A stretch of DNA of 64,000 nucleotides, from assembly GCF_009914755.1 (NCBI RefSeq), contig NC_060930.1; one strand, given 5' to 3'. A program made the translations under genes and the position numbers. Positions 42,886-58,112 of the stretch are shown in pieces (position 1 is the first letter of the stretch; every line of letters begins with the position of its first letter). The notes under the pieces were generated by a model. That model had not been told where the DNA came from. It ran no database searches and worked only from the letters and a program-made list of their open reading frames with translations. This stretch comes from the human T2T-CHM13v2.0 reference genome, Homo sapiens.

Positions 42886-44963
42886 AGGCCTAATAGTTTA
42901 GTAACTTAGTAGCTAAGTAAGACTGAAAAGCAAATATAGTTTCTAGTTTAGTTTCTTTCTATGCCCTATGCCTCCTTTTTACATTATATATGCACATTCA
43001 TATCCTGCTTATTATAAAATGGACTAAAAGAAGACCACCTTACATGAATCCTTATTGAATTCTATAACAGATATTTTTCAAGATGACAAGAAAAAGTTTA
43101 TGTTTATCTAAATGTGAGAGCTGTCACTAGTAATATTGAACCTAGTCCAGAACGTTGCATTATACCCTAGTATTGATCTGGAGTTTGAGAGCAGGTGCTC
43201 AGCTGCTTTCATAGATGAGGAAAAGGGCTTTTCCTCCTGCTCCCTGGTACCAGGCACAGGGCCAGGTAAGGAAGCAGCAGTGACAGAGGAGATGGGAAGG
43301 AATGCATCCGCTAAGCCTTCTGTCCAACTCCACACAAAGTCAGAGCCAGGCACTGTGCCAGCTCCCCTGCTGGGAGCCCCATTTGCCCCCACCTCAACCT
43401 GTAGCAGCCCTCTGTTCACCCCAGATGCTTGCCTCACTACCCTGCCCAACTGCTCTTCATCCACGCTGAACAGCAAAACCCTCTGCTTATGGCGCGCTTA
43501 ACCATTCCCTCCTTCCCCGAGCCAAGTCTGTTCACAGGGTGCGGATAATTTGAAGCAGAATGACACCTTCAGGTATAAACCATCACTGAAGAAACACCAT
43601 TTACAGATGCTTATTACTGCCCCAGTTATCACTGTATTTATAACATTGCCTCACAAAAATAAAACAGCATTCAACAAAACTACAAAATAAAAACTATCAA
43701 ACTTGCATGATGATTTATGGAAAAACAACAATGTCATCCTTTTTCTTATTCCTGCTCTTTCCTTTGAAGAAATTTACCAAAATTCTTTTTTTCTAAGGTA
43801 GCTTTTTTTTTAAATCAGAAATAAACCACAGAGCATCTTACCAGATCATTCTTTCTTTGTACAACTGTATAGATTTCCAACCCATAAGCACAATACTAAA
43901 AGCTGTCATGGTGGTGTATCAGGGCTACAGTCATAGCAGGAGTTGGGCAGAATTCCAGAGCATTTACCATAGACCCCAAGTGTTCATTCATGTGAAAACA
44001 TAAGTGATTCTAATGCTTCTAATATACCCATAGGGCAGAGAGCACATACAACTCAGTGTTTTTTTCTCTAGATATACCAATGCTCTTTTCTGAAAATATT
44101 TTCAAGGTTCTGTATATCATTATATAAGCAGTTAATTTAAAATGCTCTAATTTATTTCCTTCTTAGAAATTCTAAATGAAGAATCCTTATGGCCCACTAA
44201 AGTGTTCTGAAAAGGAAAACTGATGAAGATAATGGAATACCTGAGAAAGACAAATCACAAGTGCTGCCAGACAATGGGTGGTGGCATTCTTCACCAGACT
44301 TTGATTTCCTATAGGGTTTTCCCACCAGGTGTTCTGTGAAAGGTGTATTCATTGTTATACACTCCAAATCTCTATTCTTAAGTCTGTGCTTTATTCCTGG
44401 CTGGTCAGCTGCAGATAGGCCCCTCCATGAGAGTATGTTTCTCTCTTCAGCAATCAATTCTATGACAATTTGTTATGGTGACACTTACTTAGGTAAACAT
44501 GCCCCCAAGTTACTGTGAGCACAATCTGATATTGCTAAACTTCAGGTTCTGCAATTCTTTACCACTGTCCTAGAGCAATCCAAGACCTCTGTAACTTACA
44601 GAAGCAGAACAAGACTGGAATATGCTTTAAGATCAAGCTAGCTGCTAGACAGTATTCTTTTATTCGTTATTAATTATTAACATTATTTCTATTACATTAT
44701 TTATAGTATACCTAATTTCAAAACATTTACAGTACATTAAAACACATACATAGACTATTAACATTTGGGGGGAATAAAGATTTAGAATAGAGACTCACCC
44801 AAAAGGATAGTTTTTAAGCTTTTTTGATAGTTTAATAAAAGCTATGAATCTTCTCCACCTCAAAAAAAATACAGATTGAACATTTTGACATACAAGGTTA
44901 AAAAAAATCACAAACATTGAAAAATTCCTCAAAATTCCGGATTAAAGGGAATACATTCCAAGA

Positions 44964-45290
44964 CCAAAGGTTGCAAACTCAACTGCTTAGGAGACCAGGC
45001 AGGTAACTGCTTAGGAGACCAGAGTGAAGTGGGCTGGGAGGAATATGATGAGAAGGTGGGAGGCCTGGACCAGAACTACATCTAAGCAGAGAAGCTGTTC
45101 AGCAGCTACTCAGTTCCTGCCTTCTATTTTCAATGTTTCAGTGTGGCTTCAGTGCTGTTGCCAAAGCTTCCATTTTTCAAGAGAAAACTCAAGTCTAGAT
45201 AAAATGTGTCAATGCTTAAGTTTTAGTGGCTAATTCAAATTTGTTTAAAATGTTATGCAGAAAAAGAAATACCAAGAAAACTAAATAAAA
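44964..45290 (-). mobile_element. MER102-like hAT element with a 24-bp-period internal duplication
   Basis: ggttgcaaactcaa...ccaggcaggtaac; aactgcttaggagaccag twice. Confidence 0.6.
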
Positions 45291-46487
45291 TAACCATAAT
45301 TATAGCTGAATGACAAATGTCTGAAACATAAATACTTTGTGTATTTAAAAAGAGATTTAAATTATACTGATAAGTACTCAGTAGCAAAAGCTGGTATTTT
45401 CTCATAAAAAATTAACTGGCTAAAGAAAAATCTTTCCAGTTTACCTTCATTGGCTGAAAACTATAGTATTACCTGAAGATAAGGCCAAGACTTCCCAAGG
45501 AAGCAGCTTTAGGTCTGCCTAAAGAATATGAAAATGTGCATCATGAAGGCCACAGTTTCCCATAGAGAAAAACATTTTTGTCTGGGAATTCCTGAAGATA
45601 GTAGCTACAAATCAGTGGCTTCAACCCTTAAAAGGCCTTAGCATGGCTACTACAGCACATTTGTTCTTGCGCAGACTTTATGCTGATTGACCAACCAAGA
45701 TCACACTAGCTGCAAAATGCTCCCTCAGATGACTCTATGAACTGAACCATGAAATGGAGTTATTTGCCATTGCCCATGTAAGTGATAAAGAGCATCTGCA
45801 TAAAATAGTCATTGTGTTTCTATCACTAAAGGCAACAGTAAAGGTTTCAGTCTGCTTGACTTGAAGCAAATTACTAAGTAAACCTAATATGACTATATTT
45901 CTCAGAGATTTTTCTATTCCCCTCCCAAATAGGTAGAAACCTATGATGGTGTGGATGAGGGTACCCTGAAAACCAGTAGGAAGACAGCCTCAATTCTGCT
46001 CAAAAATACAAAATAAACTATTGAAAACTTCCTTATTAAACCAACGTATGCCTGTGTCCTAATGCGTTATTATACCACCAGGAAACAGTAAAACAAAAGA
46101 CCAATTTCTATAGCCTAGTAGTGTTATTCTTTCCTGTTATTATAGAATGGTCTCATGAGGTGGTTGAGCATTTATCTAGTTGCAAAGCATCCAAATTTAT
46201 TTTCCTGACTGTTCTGGAAATTCTATAAGCTACTTATTTCCATATAAGTTGCCCATTTTGCTTAAACTGGCTAGAGCCAGTTCTGCTTAAGAAAATCTGA
46301 ACCCTAACTGATATAAAAAACCAGAATCTCAGAGGGATGGAATTTTCTTATGTTTTACAAGACGGGAATGTTGCACTCCCAGCCTCACTAGACAGTACCC
46401 TCCTCCAAGAATGGCATGGAAGCAGAAAAACAACCAAAACAGAAAAAACAGTCTGCGGACTGGGACAAGCATTCCATCACTAACCAA

Positions 46488-46545
46488 TGTTGTTTTGTTT
46501 TGTTTTGTTTTGCTTTGCTTTGTTTTGTTTTGTGTTTTGTCTTTA
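46488..46545. repeat. (TTTTG)n simple repeat
   Basis: Direct. Confidence 0.9.
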
Positions 46546-46565
46546 GTTTTTTTGCTAACTGCCCT

Positions 46566-46581
46566 TGACCAGAGGGCGCAG
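46566..46581 (+). promoter_or_regulatory. CTCF-like motif
   Basis: TGACCAGAGGGCGCAG. Confidence 0.55.
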
Positions 46582-47519
46582 CTCAATGTGCTGATGCTGT
46601 AGAAGATCTGAGAACTTTTGCACAAGTCTGGGTAAGGGAACGGGTTGAATAACAATGACAAAATTGAATTTTCAGCTAGCTAAGCAAGATGGGACCTCTG
46701 AGTTAAGTGTAAATTGATTTTTAAATATGAAATATTATTTCTTGCACTCTTGAATTTATTGAGTAAAATTCATATCCATAATAACAATAATATTTGTCAT
46801 CATAACAAGCTTAACAATACTGATATAGCACATTTTGATTTGTGCAGAATTTTCACTTATATGACTCAGACTGCAATCAGCCTGACTTACTATCAGCATT
46901 CCTGCAAAATATATAACAATTCTCATCTATATTTACTAGGACAACAACCGTAATGTAGGATGATCAAAAAGAAATTCAAATTAAGGAAATAAAAAAAAAC
47001 AGCTACAGAAAATGAAGTTAAAGTAAAAATGAACTACAATATTTTATTGAAAAGGAAGGCAAAAAATTAAATATATTTCCAAAGCATAGGATCTCTGTAA
47101 TATTCAAAACTAAACAATAGTTATTAAGAAGAATCTGACTCCACTTGTTATCTTAAATTCAAAATTAACAGTCTCCTAGTATAAATTTTATTTTCTCAGA
47201 GCAAACTGCTGTTTTGAAAATCTTGTCATTACTACTGGAGTGAGCTCAATGCTCCTAGGTATTCTTATTTAAGTAGTAAGATTAGCTTTCTCAGTACAGA
47301 CCCAGGTTTTCATATTAACCTAATGTGGCATCTGGATAAGAGATGAACAGTGTTATGAGGAAACAAATGCAGTTTCTATTGGATCTTAGTGGTTCTACTC
47401 AGTCCAGCCCAAATAAAAATGAATCTAGCTTATAAAACACCACATAGATTGGCAAATGTGTATTTTTGAATTACAACATTTTAAAATTTAATGAAAATAT
47501 ATGCATTTAATGAAGCAAT

Positions 47520-49340
47520 TTTTTTCATCCAACTAATATTTACTAAGTTCTTACTCTTTGACAGCACTGTTCTTGCTTATACACACACACATAGATACCC
47601 AGACACACACAGCACTCGCACACACACAAACCAAGTGGTAATAAATTCTGCGCATGTAAAAACATAGAGTTGTGAGGAGTGTTAATTAGGTAGATGTAGA
47701 TGGTCAAGGAAGGCCTCTTTGACCTCTCTGATGAGACATTAGATCAGGGACCATAATGAAGTGAAGTTATGATTCATGATGATGTCTCTAGAAAAACATG
47801 ATAAACCAAGAGAATATAAAATGCAAAGGTTCTGAAGCCAAGTATGCCTGGTGTGACTGAAGGGCAGAATGAAGGCCAGTGTGACTGGAGTTCAGTGACC
47901 AAGGGGAAATGAGGTAGAAGATGAACTCAGAGAGACAGCAGGAGCCAAAATGGGTAGACCATGGTATGGTCTTGAAGTTTATAATAAATGGAATGAAAAG
48001 CCTTTACAGGATCTTGAACTGAGGAGTTACATAGTATAACTTTTATATTAAAATATCAATCAGGCTACTGTGAGGATAATAGATTGTAGGAAGCAAAAGT
48101 GAAGAAGGCAGGTCAGTTAGAGGCTACTGCAATAATTTCAAAGCAAAATAACCGTTGTTTGGAATAGTGTGGTAGTAGTGGAAGTAGTAAATATGGATAT
48201 ATTTCAAAGGTAGAACAAATAGAAGTTCCTGATGGATTGAATGCAGGAGTCAGTAATGCCTCCAGAGTTTTGACCTGAGCACCACCAAGTAGACTGGAGT
48301 CGCTACTTTCTAAATCAAGGAAGACTACAGTAGGATCTGGGGCAGAAGAAAAATTTATCTTGGACATCTTAAGTTTGAAATGCTTATTAAATCTCCATGG
48401 GTAGATGTCAGAAGATAATTGTTTATGTGAGTCTAGGCTTCATGAGTCTATAACTCTGAGAGTTGTAGCATTTATACGTCATTTGAAACCATGGGAGTAG
48501 ATGAGAAACTAAGCAATAAATGTTGATATAAAATAAAAGAGGGGCCAAAGCACTGAGCCCTATGACATTCCATTACTTAGAATTTTAAAAGATAAGAAGG
48601 AAAAAGAAAATAATGATTCGGATGGTGCATGCATTGAAGTAGAGGGAGAACCGAGAGACAGTGGTTCTAAAGAGCAACTGAACTTGCTTCAAGAAGTGGG
48701 AAGTGACCAGCTGTGCTGAATCCTGCTGATGGGTTGGGTGAGATGAGTACTGAAACAATACCCATTGGATTTTGCAAGTGGATGGCAGTTGAGGCTGTGA
48801 AGAAAGCAACTTTGGAGGTGTGATGAAAATAAAAATCTTACGCAGAGTGAGTTTAAGATAAAATGAGAGAAGAAATAGGACAAAACAATATTCATAGTTT
48901 AGCAATAAAGATAAAGAGGCTGTAAGTGGAGAGGAAAGTGAGAACAAAAGAGTTTTTCTGGTTTTGTTTCTTTTTTGTTGTTTATCTATAAAAGAGAAGC
49001 ATGTTTGTATTCTAAAAGTTAATTTCCAATAAATAAAAGAAAATGATACTGAAGACAAGAAAAGAAGCATTAGCTAAGAGATTTTGCAAACTAATTGACT
49101 AGAAAGTGGGTGAAATGCATAACTGTACGGTTTGCTCTTAGAAGCAAGAACTGTTCATCCTTTGTAACGGGAAGGAAATGAGAATATGTCAGTACTAATG
49201 AGAAGACTGGTGGAGAAATATGTAGTAATTCTCTTCTGATGAATTATATTTTGTTAATGATGAAACATTAAGGATTACTGTTTGAGAGAAAAGAGGTTAG
49301 AGGAAGTATTGGAAGTTTGCAAAGAGAGAAGAAATGGAAC
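47520..49340 (-). mobile_element. Large L2 remnant
   Basis: gaaggccagtgtgactggag, gttagaggctactgcaataat, ggacatcttaagtttgaaatg, ccattggatttt. Confidence 0.8.
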
Positions 49341-49349
49341 AGAGACACT

Positions 49350-51130
<1,781 letters not shown>

Positions 51131-51329
51131 TGTTTTCTCTTCTCATGGCCTATTCAATGCTTACTCATCATTTTAGACTCAGCTTAGATAAAAATGTGAC
51201 GTACTGTGAACATCTGCCAGCAGTGTACACAGATAAGCCACCCTGTCCTCTGACCTTCCATAGAACCTGTATGTCTATTTTTTGTTTTGCTTTGTTTTTA
51301 TTTTGTTTTATCTTTCTAAAGGGCTTTGT

Positions 51330-51450
51330 CATCAGACAAAACTCAATTTAAATTCTGACTCTGAGATTTATTATCTCTGTATATGTAAAAATATTCCTTA
51401 ACCTTAGTTTCTTAGTTTCTTTATCAGTTAAAATCAAGACACTAATTCAT
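51330..51450 (+). mobile_element. MIR fragment
   Basis: aaattctgactctg...cttaacctt...tagtttctttatc. Confidence 0.45.
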
Positions 51451-52449
51451 ATCGTCTCAGTCCCCATCTTCATTACTACTATTTCTGCAATATCTTCCTA
51501 CCCAACAAGAAGCTAGAACAACACTTTGGGAAAAGGTATTTCCAAACCATTTCCATGTTGGAACAGGCTCTGTCTGCAGAGAATTCTTTAATTAAGGTAT
51601 TTCACTAAAAATAAATACTACTACCAACAACACCTCTATAAAACCATTAACTACCTGACCAAAAATGAAGAAATAACAATAGCAAAAACTGTAATTATGT
51701 CCCTCTGAGGAGACTGACATTTTTCAAAATGTATACCATATATAAAATACCAACATATAGAAAAGATTGAGAGATAGACTGGGCACAAAGAAAACTCTTA
51801 GATTCACCCTTGGAGTGTTTTTATGTGTTGGGATGTATTGGGAGGGGCACAAGATGGTAAAAATAGTTCTGGTTCTGCATTGTGCTACCTACTGTCATCA
51901 ATGACAGCAAATGGATCTCAGCTCCAAATTTGTAGTCACGGACTCAGGGCAGTGAGCCTCAGTGATTATCTAGGGTAATATTGTCTGGTGTATTTCCCTT
52001 GCTTTTAATGGCAAAGCCTTTGATTTCATTCTAGTAGCACTAATTAATTATGCATTAACATTGCCAAGTGAGAGAAAGATTTTACCCTAAATTTACAAAG
52101 ACATAAAAAAGGTTAAGTAACCTTATCAAGGTCACACAGCAGGCTATCAACAGAGCCAGGCATAAGCCACTTGAATATTCACTAGCGAAATATTTAATAT
52201 TAAAAACAAGTTTTCCCAAAATACTGTCAAGTGTAATGAACACTGCATTTTGTATATAGAATGAAAAATGAGAATGCTCTGAGGGAAAACAGTGAAATGA
52301 CTCACTGTTGGGTCTAGCTGAAAGAAGAACACTCATTACAAATGTTCCTGTGTTTCAATCCACTTTCTAAAGAAATTCTGAAAACCTTTTACAATTTGTA
52401 TGGTTAAGACATCCCACACTATTGTAAAATGGTCTATAGTCAAGAGTCT

Positions 52450-52670
52450 TAGCTATACTTGGGAGTCAAAAAACCTGGGTTTGAGTTCTGACTTTAAGTA
52501 CCACCTGTGTGACCTTGGACAATCACTTATGCTCTCAGAGCCTCAACTCCATTATCTATAAAAATGAGAACAATAAGACAATAACTACCAGGGTTATTAT
52601 GAAGGTTAAACGGAATAACGGAAGTGAAAACTGTGCAGATGGCAAATTGCTATACAAATAAAAGGTATTA
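52450..52670 (+). mobile_element. MIR
   Basis: tgtgtgaccttggacaatcactt...ctctcagagcctca...tctataaaaatgag. Confidence 0.8.
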
Positions 52671-54179
52671 TTATAGGGAAAGAACACAAAAGTATTTTCT
52701 CAGTTAGAAAATGATAAACCTATGACGGAAATTGGAATTTCACTTAGTTTTAAAGCAGAAAAAGCCCTGCCAAGTGGAAATAGAGATTTGAAGTAGGGAG
52801 TGTTTAGCTACTTTTAACTGCATTGGAACAGTGTGCCCTTTTTGGTCTGAACAAATCTGTCCCTTACTCGTTGTCAGCCAGCCTAATATAATAAATCCTG
52901 AGGGATGTGCTGAACTCATTTGGCCAAGGTTTTCAGCTTGAGGCTAAAAATCTTGTGGAGCAAGCACTCTGGCCTCACAAAACCACCGTGGAGTCATTAG
53001 TGTCCATATTGAGCAGATCAGGCTCTGATTCAGGTTTTATCGCAAGTAATACCTTTGATATATTTTTCATGTTCACTGCATTAAACATTAATATGTGAAT
53101 GCCACAATAAAGGGTGCAGTTTTTCATTAAATAAATAAATACGCACCAAACTTGAGCAAGAAAAGAACCATTTAAAATCAGATATCATATAGCAAAGAAA
53201 ATAAACCAATGTTGTCATTACAGGTAAGAATTATAGACATGACTTATACAAAGAAGGTGAAAAGGTCAGAGGGAGAGGATAAAATCCTTGACATGCCAAG
53301 CAAAGAAAACCATTTCTGCTTTTTTCTCCTCTGAAACCTGTAATGCAATAAACATAATTCCTCCAGTACGTTTCATACAAAAAGGAGGTTCAGCTGAAAA
53401 CTGTAGGTAAATCACAGCTAGAAAGGTAGCATAATTTATGTAAGAACTCCCTCAAGATATCCCAGTGAGCACTATATTGTTGTTTTTGCCTTATAAGAAT
53501 TTGAAAAATCACATTAAAATTAAAATCAAGGACATACATGTAACACATTACACAACTTCTTCAGAAAAAAATTCTAAATGTATTGCCCTTAGTAATAGCT
53601 CATCATTCACATATTAAAATTTATTAAATGAATAACTGCATTTTTAAAACGTTATTAAGCCCAGGTGATTTTTCAATAACCTCTCTTTCAAAACGAGGAC
53701 ACAGAAAAGTTAATATTTGGGGTTTTCTTTTGGTCAGAAAATATCATTCTGTTTTATTAAAACTTCTACGTTCAGAGGTAAACCAAACATTTCTATTAAT
53801 ATGATGGTACAACCATGATTGAAATATTCTGATTATTTTAGAGCAAAAGAGACAAATTTGCAATTTCCAGTGTAATTGACTTGGAAATTGCTTTTCTACT
53901 CTAACTTGAATCTTAAACAGATGAAAAGGTGTGTGTATATGTGGAAGGGAGTTGGGGTGGTGGAAAGTGTATAAAGATAGGTCTTGCGAGAAAAAAACAC
54001 ATACTGACTACTGCTTTCACAAAACATCTGTAGAAGTTTTGGCTAATTACTCACAGTTGGAACAAATGAAAATATTTTTCAAAGAGATATTAAGTGGGTT
54101 GAAAGTGGAGGGAGAGAATAGTGGAAACATTGAAAAACAAGACTGTTGCTGAACCAAAAGAATAAGGTGGGAATGGAGT

Positions 54180-54480
54180 TCCAGGCATGCTAGAGAGGTA
54201 TTTCTGAGACAGACTCAATCCCATTGGATTTGCTGGATGTGGAAGGTGCAAAGAAAGGACAGAGTTGAATGACCCTGGTGTTTGGAGCTTAGGATTAGGT
54301 AGAGGAGTGATGCCATCAACTGAGTTCAAAATATAGGAAGATTGTTTTTGGAGAATGGTCTGAGAAAAATATACATAGAGAGAAAAAGCCATTTAGGTGA
54401 ACAATTATAAATTCCATTTCCACTGGGATAAGTTTGAGGTGCCTATGATTTATCCAGATGTATAAAGTTGGTATCTGGAA
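54180..54480 (-). mobile_element. L2 fragment
   Basis: gatgccatcaactgag; aagtttgaggtgcctatg. Confidence 0.55.
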
Positions 54481-54509
54481 CTACAAATCTAGAGTTAGGG
54501 AGGACTCTA

Positions 54510-54680
54510 AGGGAGAGCTTCTGAGACTTTCATGGGCAAAGAAATCATTAGGGAATCTTGTTAAAATGCAAATTGTGAGTCAGTGGGTCTGTGTTGAGAC
54601 AAAAGGGTCCACCTTTCTTACCAGATCTCTAGTGATACCAATGTTGCTTGTCCAGGGATGATACTTTTAACAGCAAGGCT
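54510..54680. mobile_element. MER5A1-like element
   Basis: gggaatcttgttaaaatgca...cagcaagg. Confidence 0.7.
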
Positions 54681-54902
54681 CTAACTAACATGAAGAGTAA
54701 TCTGTTCAAAAAGGGTTCCTAACAAGTGAGGAAATAAGCCTCAGATATAGACAAGCTAGGGTGGTCCTTACACTGAAAAATATAGTATATCACCTAATAC
54801 AGCTTCATTTTGTTTTGCGTCATCCGGATGGTGACTCAGTGAGGGATATCTAAGCTTAACCAATCACAAACAAAATAATTCCATTTAAAATGACTGCATT
54901 GA

Positions 54903-55279
<377 letters not shown>

Positions 55280-56330
55280 TTAGTGGTCATCTGATGGTCA
55301 TGTTCACAGACTCCCCTGAAAAAAACTTGGTTTCCAGTCAGTTTTTCCATCATCAAGAGGCAGGGACCATATTTGGGTAATTTTTATGTTCAACCCCCAC
55401 CCTTCACACAGCCCTTTACTCACAATAACTGTTCGCTGAATGTGTGTCTGATTAACCTCCAGCTCTAACATTCTATGACTCCTTAATTTTAAAGTTGCAT
55501 CATGGTAAATTCTGTCATCTCTTAATAAAAATACTCATGCAGTTACCTGGATCAGTATCTTCGCTGTGAAGCCATCTGCTCAGAGTTCACTCTGATGCAC
55601 ACAGAGGGTTTCTCAGATCCAGAGCTAAGAGATGAACTAAAGCCTTATGAAGTAGGAGTACTAATTCTGATTCCTTCAGAATTCATTTGCATCTTCTGGC
55701 TTATAATCTCAACAAGATTCAGATCCACCCTTTTGGAGCGAATACCATACAAGTGTATGGACATTCTGCTCTCATGGCTGAGCCTCAGGCATCAGCTGAG
55801 AAGTGAGCATACATTGGGTCTCAGCTGGCTACAACCACAAGCTCTGGATAAGGCCTTTGACAGCTTCTTATTTACCACAAACCTGTGTTATAACCACTTC
55901 CCTGTGTGCAATGTTTGCTCCTTCATGCCACACCTAGGTATCCCCATTAGCTGGAATAACCCTGAATAGCCCTGCCAGGGGAAGGGACTTCCTATACAGA
56001 TATTATATTCCTTCTTGCCTCAGAGTGGTTTTTTAGCAATGTGTATCATTTCTGTAAGTTCTTAACATTGACACATAGTTCAAATACAGAATATGTCATT
56101 TGCTATCTTCATCTTGACTTTGTGGCCAACTTCATTTCTTTGTCTTTTCACTACCTAAGCCTATCACTGTTGTGCATCACAAGTCTCCTGTCATGGTCTT
56201 CTGATAACTTAAGTTGCCCTAATGGCCTTCCTAAACACCCTCTGTAGTACAATCTGTTCCCCTTGGCACTCACAAGCACCACCAGGTTCTGTGGGTATAG
56301 TCTGTTTGTTATCCTTCCTGGCACTGTCAT

Positions 56331-56960
56331 CATGCCCCAGTGATGGAGCTCATTGCCCCAGTGTTCCGTGGCTGTCACCATGAGAGAGGAGCTGTATGAG
56401 GTGCAGCAGGATGTCCATCCAGACTCCAGTCTGATTATCACCACATCCTGATTACAGCCCGAGCAACTTATGAAAGTGCCATCTGAACACGTTGGCAGGA
56501 TTATGCACTCCTAATTTGAGAATCCACTGCAGAGCAGCAAAAAGCCCTAGAGTGAAGCACAGCCAAATGGCTTTGCTCCTCATAATAAGATGACAAATCT
56601 ATATAGCGGGCATCAGGCCACTGCTAATGCTGCTCTTCGATGGAGTGCATTTGAAAACAATACCAACAATAACTTCTATTCTACAATTTGTCAAATACAG
56701 CAGGTACTGTGCAACCAGCCAGTACAGGTGCCCAGCTAACACCACAGGGCTTACAACCAAAGAAGACAAAAAAGTATACCACCACAACCAAAATGTCTTC
56801 TCAACAAGTCCAAAGAAGAAAACCAGATTTTGTAAAGCCATTCTTAGCAATGATGTTAAAATGATCCAAATGACCTTTACCTCTCCCTCTGATTTTCCTG
56901 TTGAGCTTCACACCTCTATTAAATTATTCTTTGGAATTATTTTATCTGTCATTAGTGTGA
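56331..56960 (+). pseudogene. Ancient degraded processed pseudogene of the SOS1 N-terminus (histone-fold domain to start of DH domain)
   Basis: Collinear motifs vs recalled SOS1: VQQDVHP/VQGQVHP, LNTL/LNML, QK(7)KW/QK(7)KW, IRPLL/IHPLL, ITSILQFV/IVAVLEYI, TTKEDKKV/ITKQDIKV, STS..DFVKPFLA/STS..DLVKAFMA, ELHTSIKLF/ELNLIIKVF; no introns, several stops and frameshifts. Confidence 0.7.
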
Positions 56961-57934
56961 TTTTCTTTGTCCTTTCATGATGTGTCAGCCTGGGAAACGC
57001 AAAGACCATAACTGATTTATTTTGATGCTCAACCTCCAACCTTCATATAGCCCTTTGTTTACAGTCACTAAATGTGTGACTGACTAATTTATAGCTCTAA
57101 CATTTTATGACCATTTTAAACTAATAAAAAAATTCCTGTTTCTTCCAATGTCTTTCATATACTTACAATAAATATCCACCAGTAGCTTTTGAAGGGTTAT
57201 ATAATATTAGAGTTATAAAAGCCTTAGGTATCACCTAATCCTATCCCAGGACCCTTTTGGTGAAGGAAAAGAAAGTACCAAAAGCCGAAGGAACTTTTCA
57301 AGGTAATGGGTTTTTTTATGGCACAGCCATAATGAAACCCCTGTCTCATCTTTCCCAGCCATGCCCTGCACACTCACTGTGCTGTGATCCTTCTGAGCTG
57401 GTTGCCATAACTCTCTCCCTCATGCTGCACTTAGCTCGGTTTCTTGGACTCCTAACTTATAAATGTGCATAAAATTGGTGATATTTCTTTCCCACTAATG
57501 TCCCATCAGCATGCTTTATAAGGTAAAATCATAGACATCTTCACCCCCAAATTTCCAAGCATCTTAAGGCTGTGACAAAGGAAATGGCATCTGTCTTCAA
57601 TAAACAAAGGTCTTTGATAAAGACTAGCCACTCAGAAAAACGTCTCTGGCTGGGCCACTCTGCTTGGCATTATTCAAGCTGCAGCCCTTCAGTGGTGTGT
57701 GGACTTAGCGCTTGTTCAGCCTCACAGCAATTACCAACAGGGTACTTGTGCCAGTGTCCATAGTGGTGGCAAGAGGTTTGCTAAGTTCTTTCCTTTGGTC
57801 TAGGAAGGATTTTATACTTGAGGAGAACTGAAAGGGGAGGATGCTTAGAAGAATGTCTTGTTTGGAACACAGTTGAACACAAAAACTAGGAAAACCTCCG
57901 TTTAAAATCTGAACTACAGGATAATGATTAATTT

Positions 57935-58112
57935 ATAACATTGATTGTCAACCCTGACCGCAGAGTGGAAATCAAAAGGGAACTTCTAAAATTACCAATA
58001 CCTGGGCCCACTCCAGACCATTTAAATCAGAATTTCAGGGGGCTTGGAACAGGCATTACAACATTTCAAAGCTCCCCAAGTGAAGAACTATGCTGCCAGA
58101 GCTGAGATTGCT
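57935..58112. mobile_element. MER5-like element
   Basis: cctgggccccactccagaccatttaaatcagaat...aagctccccaagtga. Confidence 0.65.

Noticed and set aside
48585-49070. 161-aa minus-strand ORF
   Set aside because: Lies within an L2 remnant; low-complexity F/L/S composition.
56151-56850. Hydrophobic minus-strand ORFs (97 aa and 83 aa) as membrane proteins
   Set aside because: Best explained as antisense shadows of the plus-strand fossil; non-ATG starts and no family match.
56390-56980. Alternative readings of this segment as histone H2B, Gypsy integrase, Rex/Babar endonuclease or mariner transposase
   Set aside because: Each gives only 1-3 loose motifs with wrong spacing (for example no D35E region). 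SOS1 explains more motifs with near-exact spacing, and the H2B resemblance follows from the histone fold.
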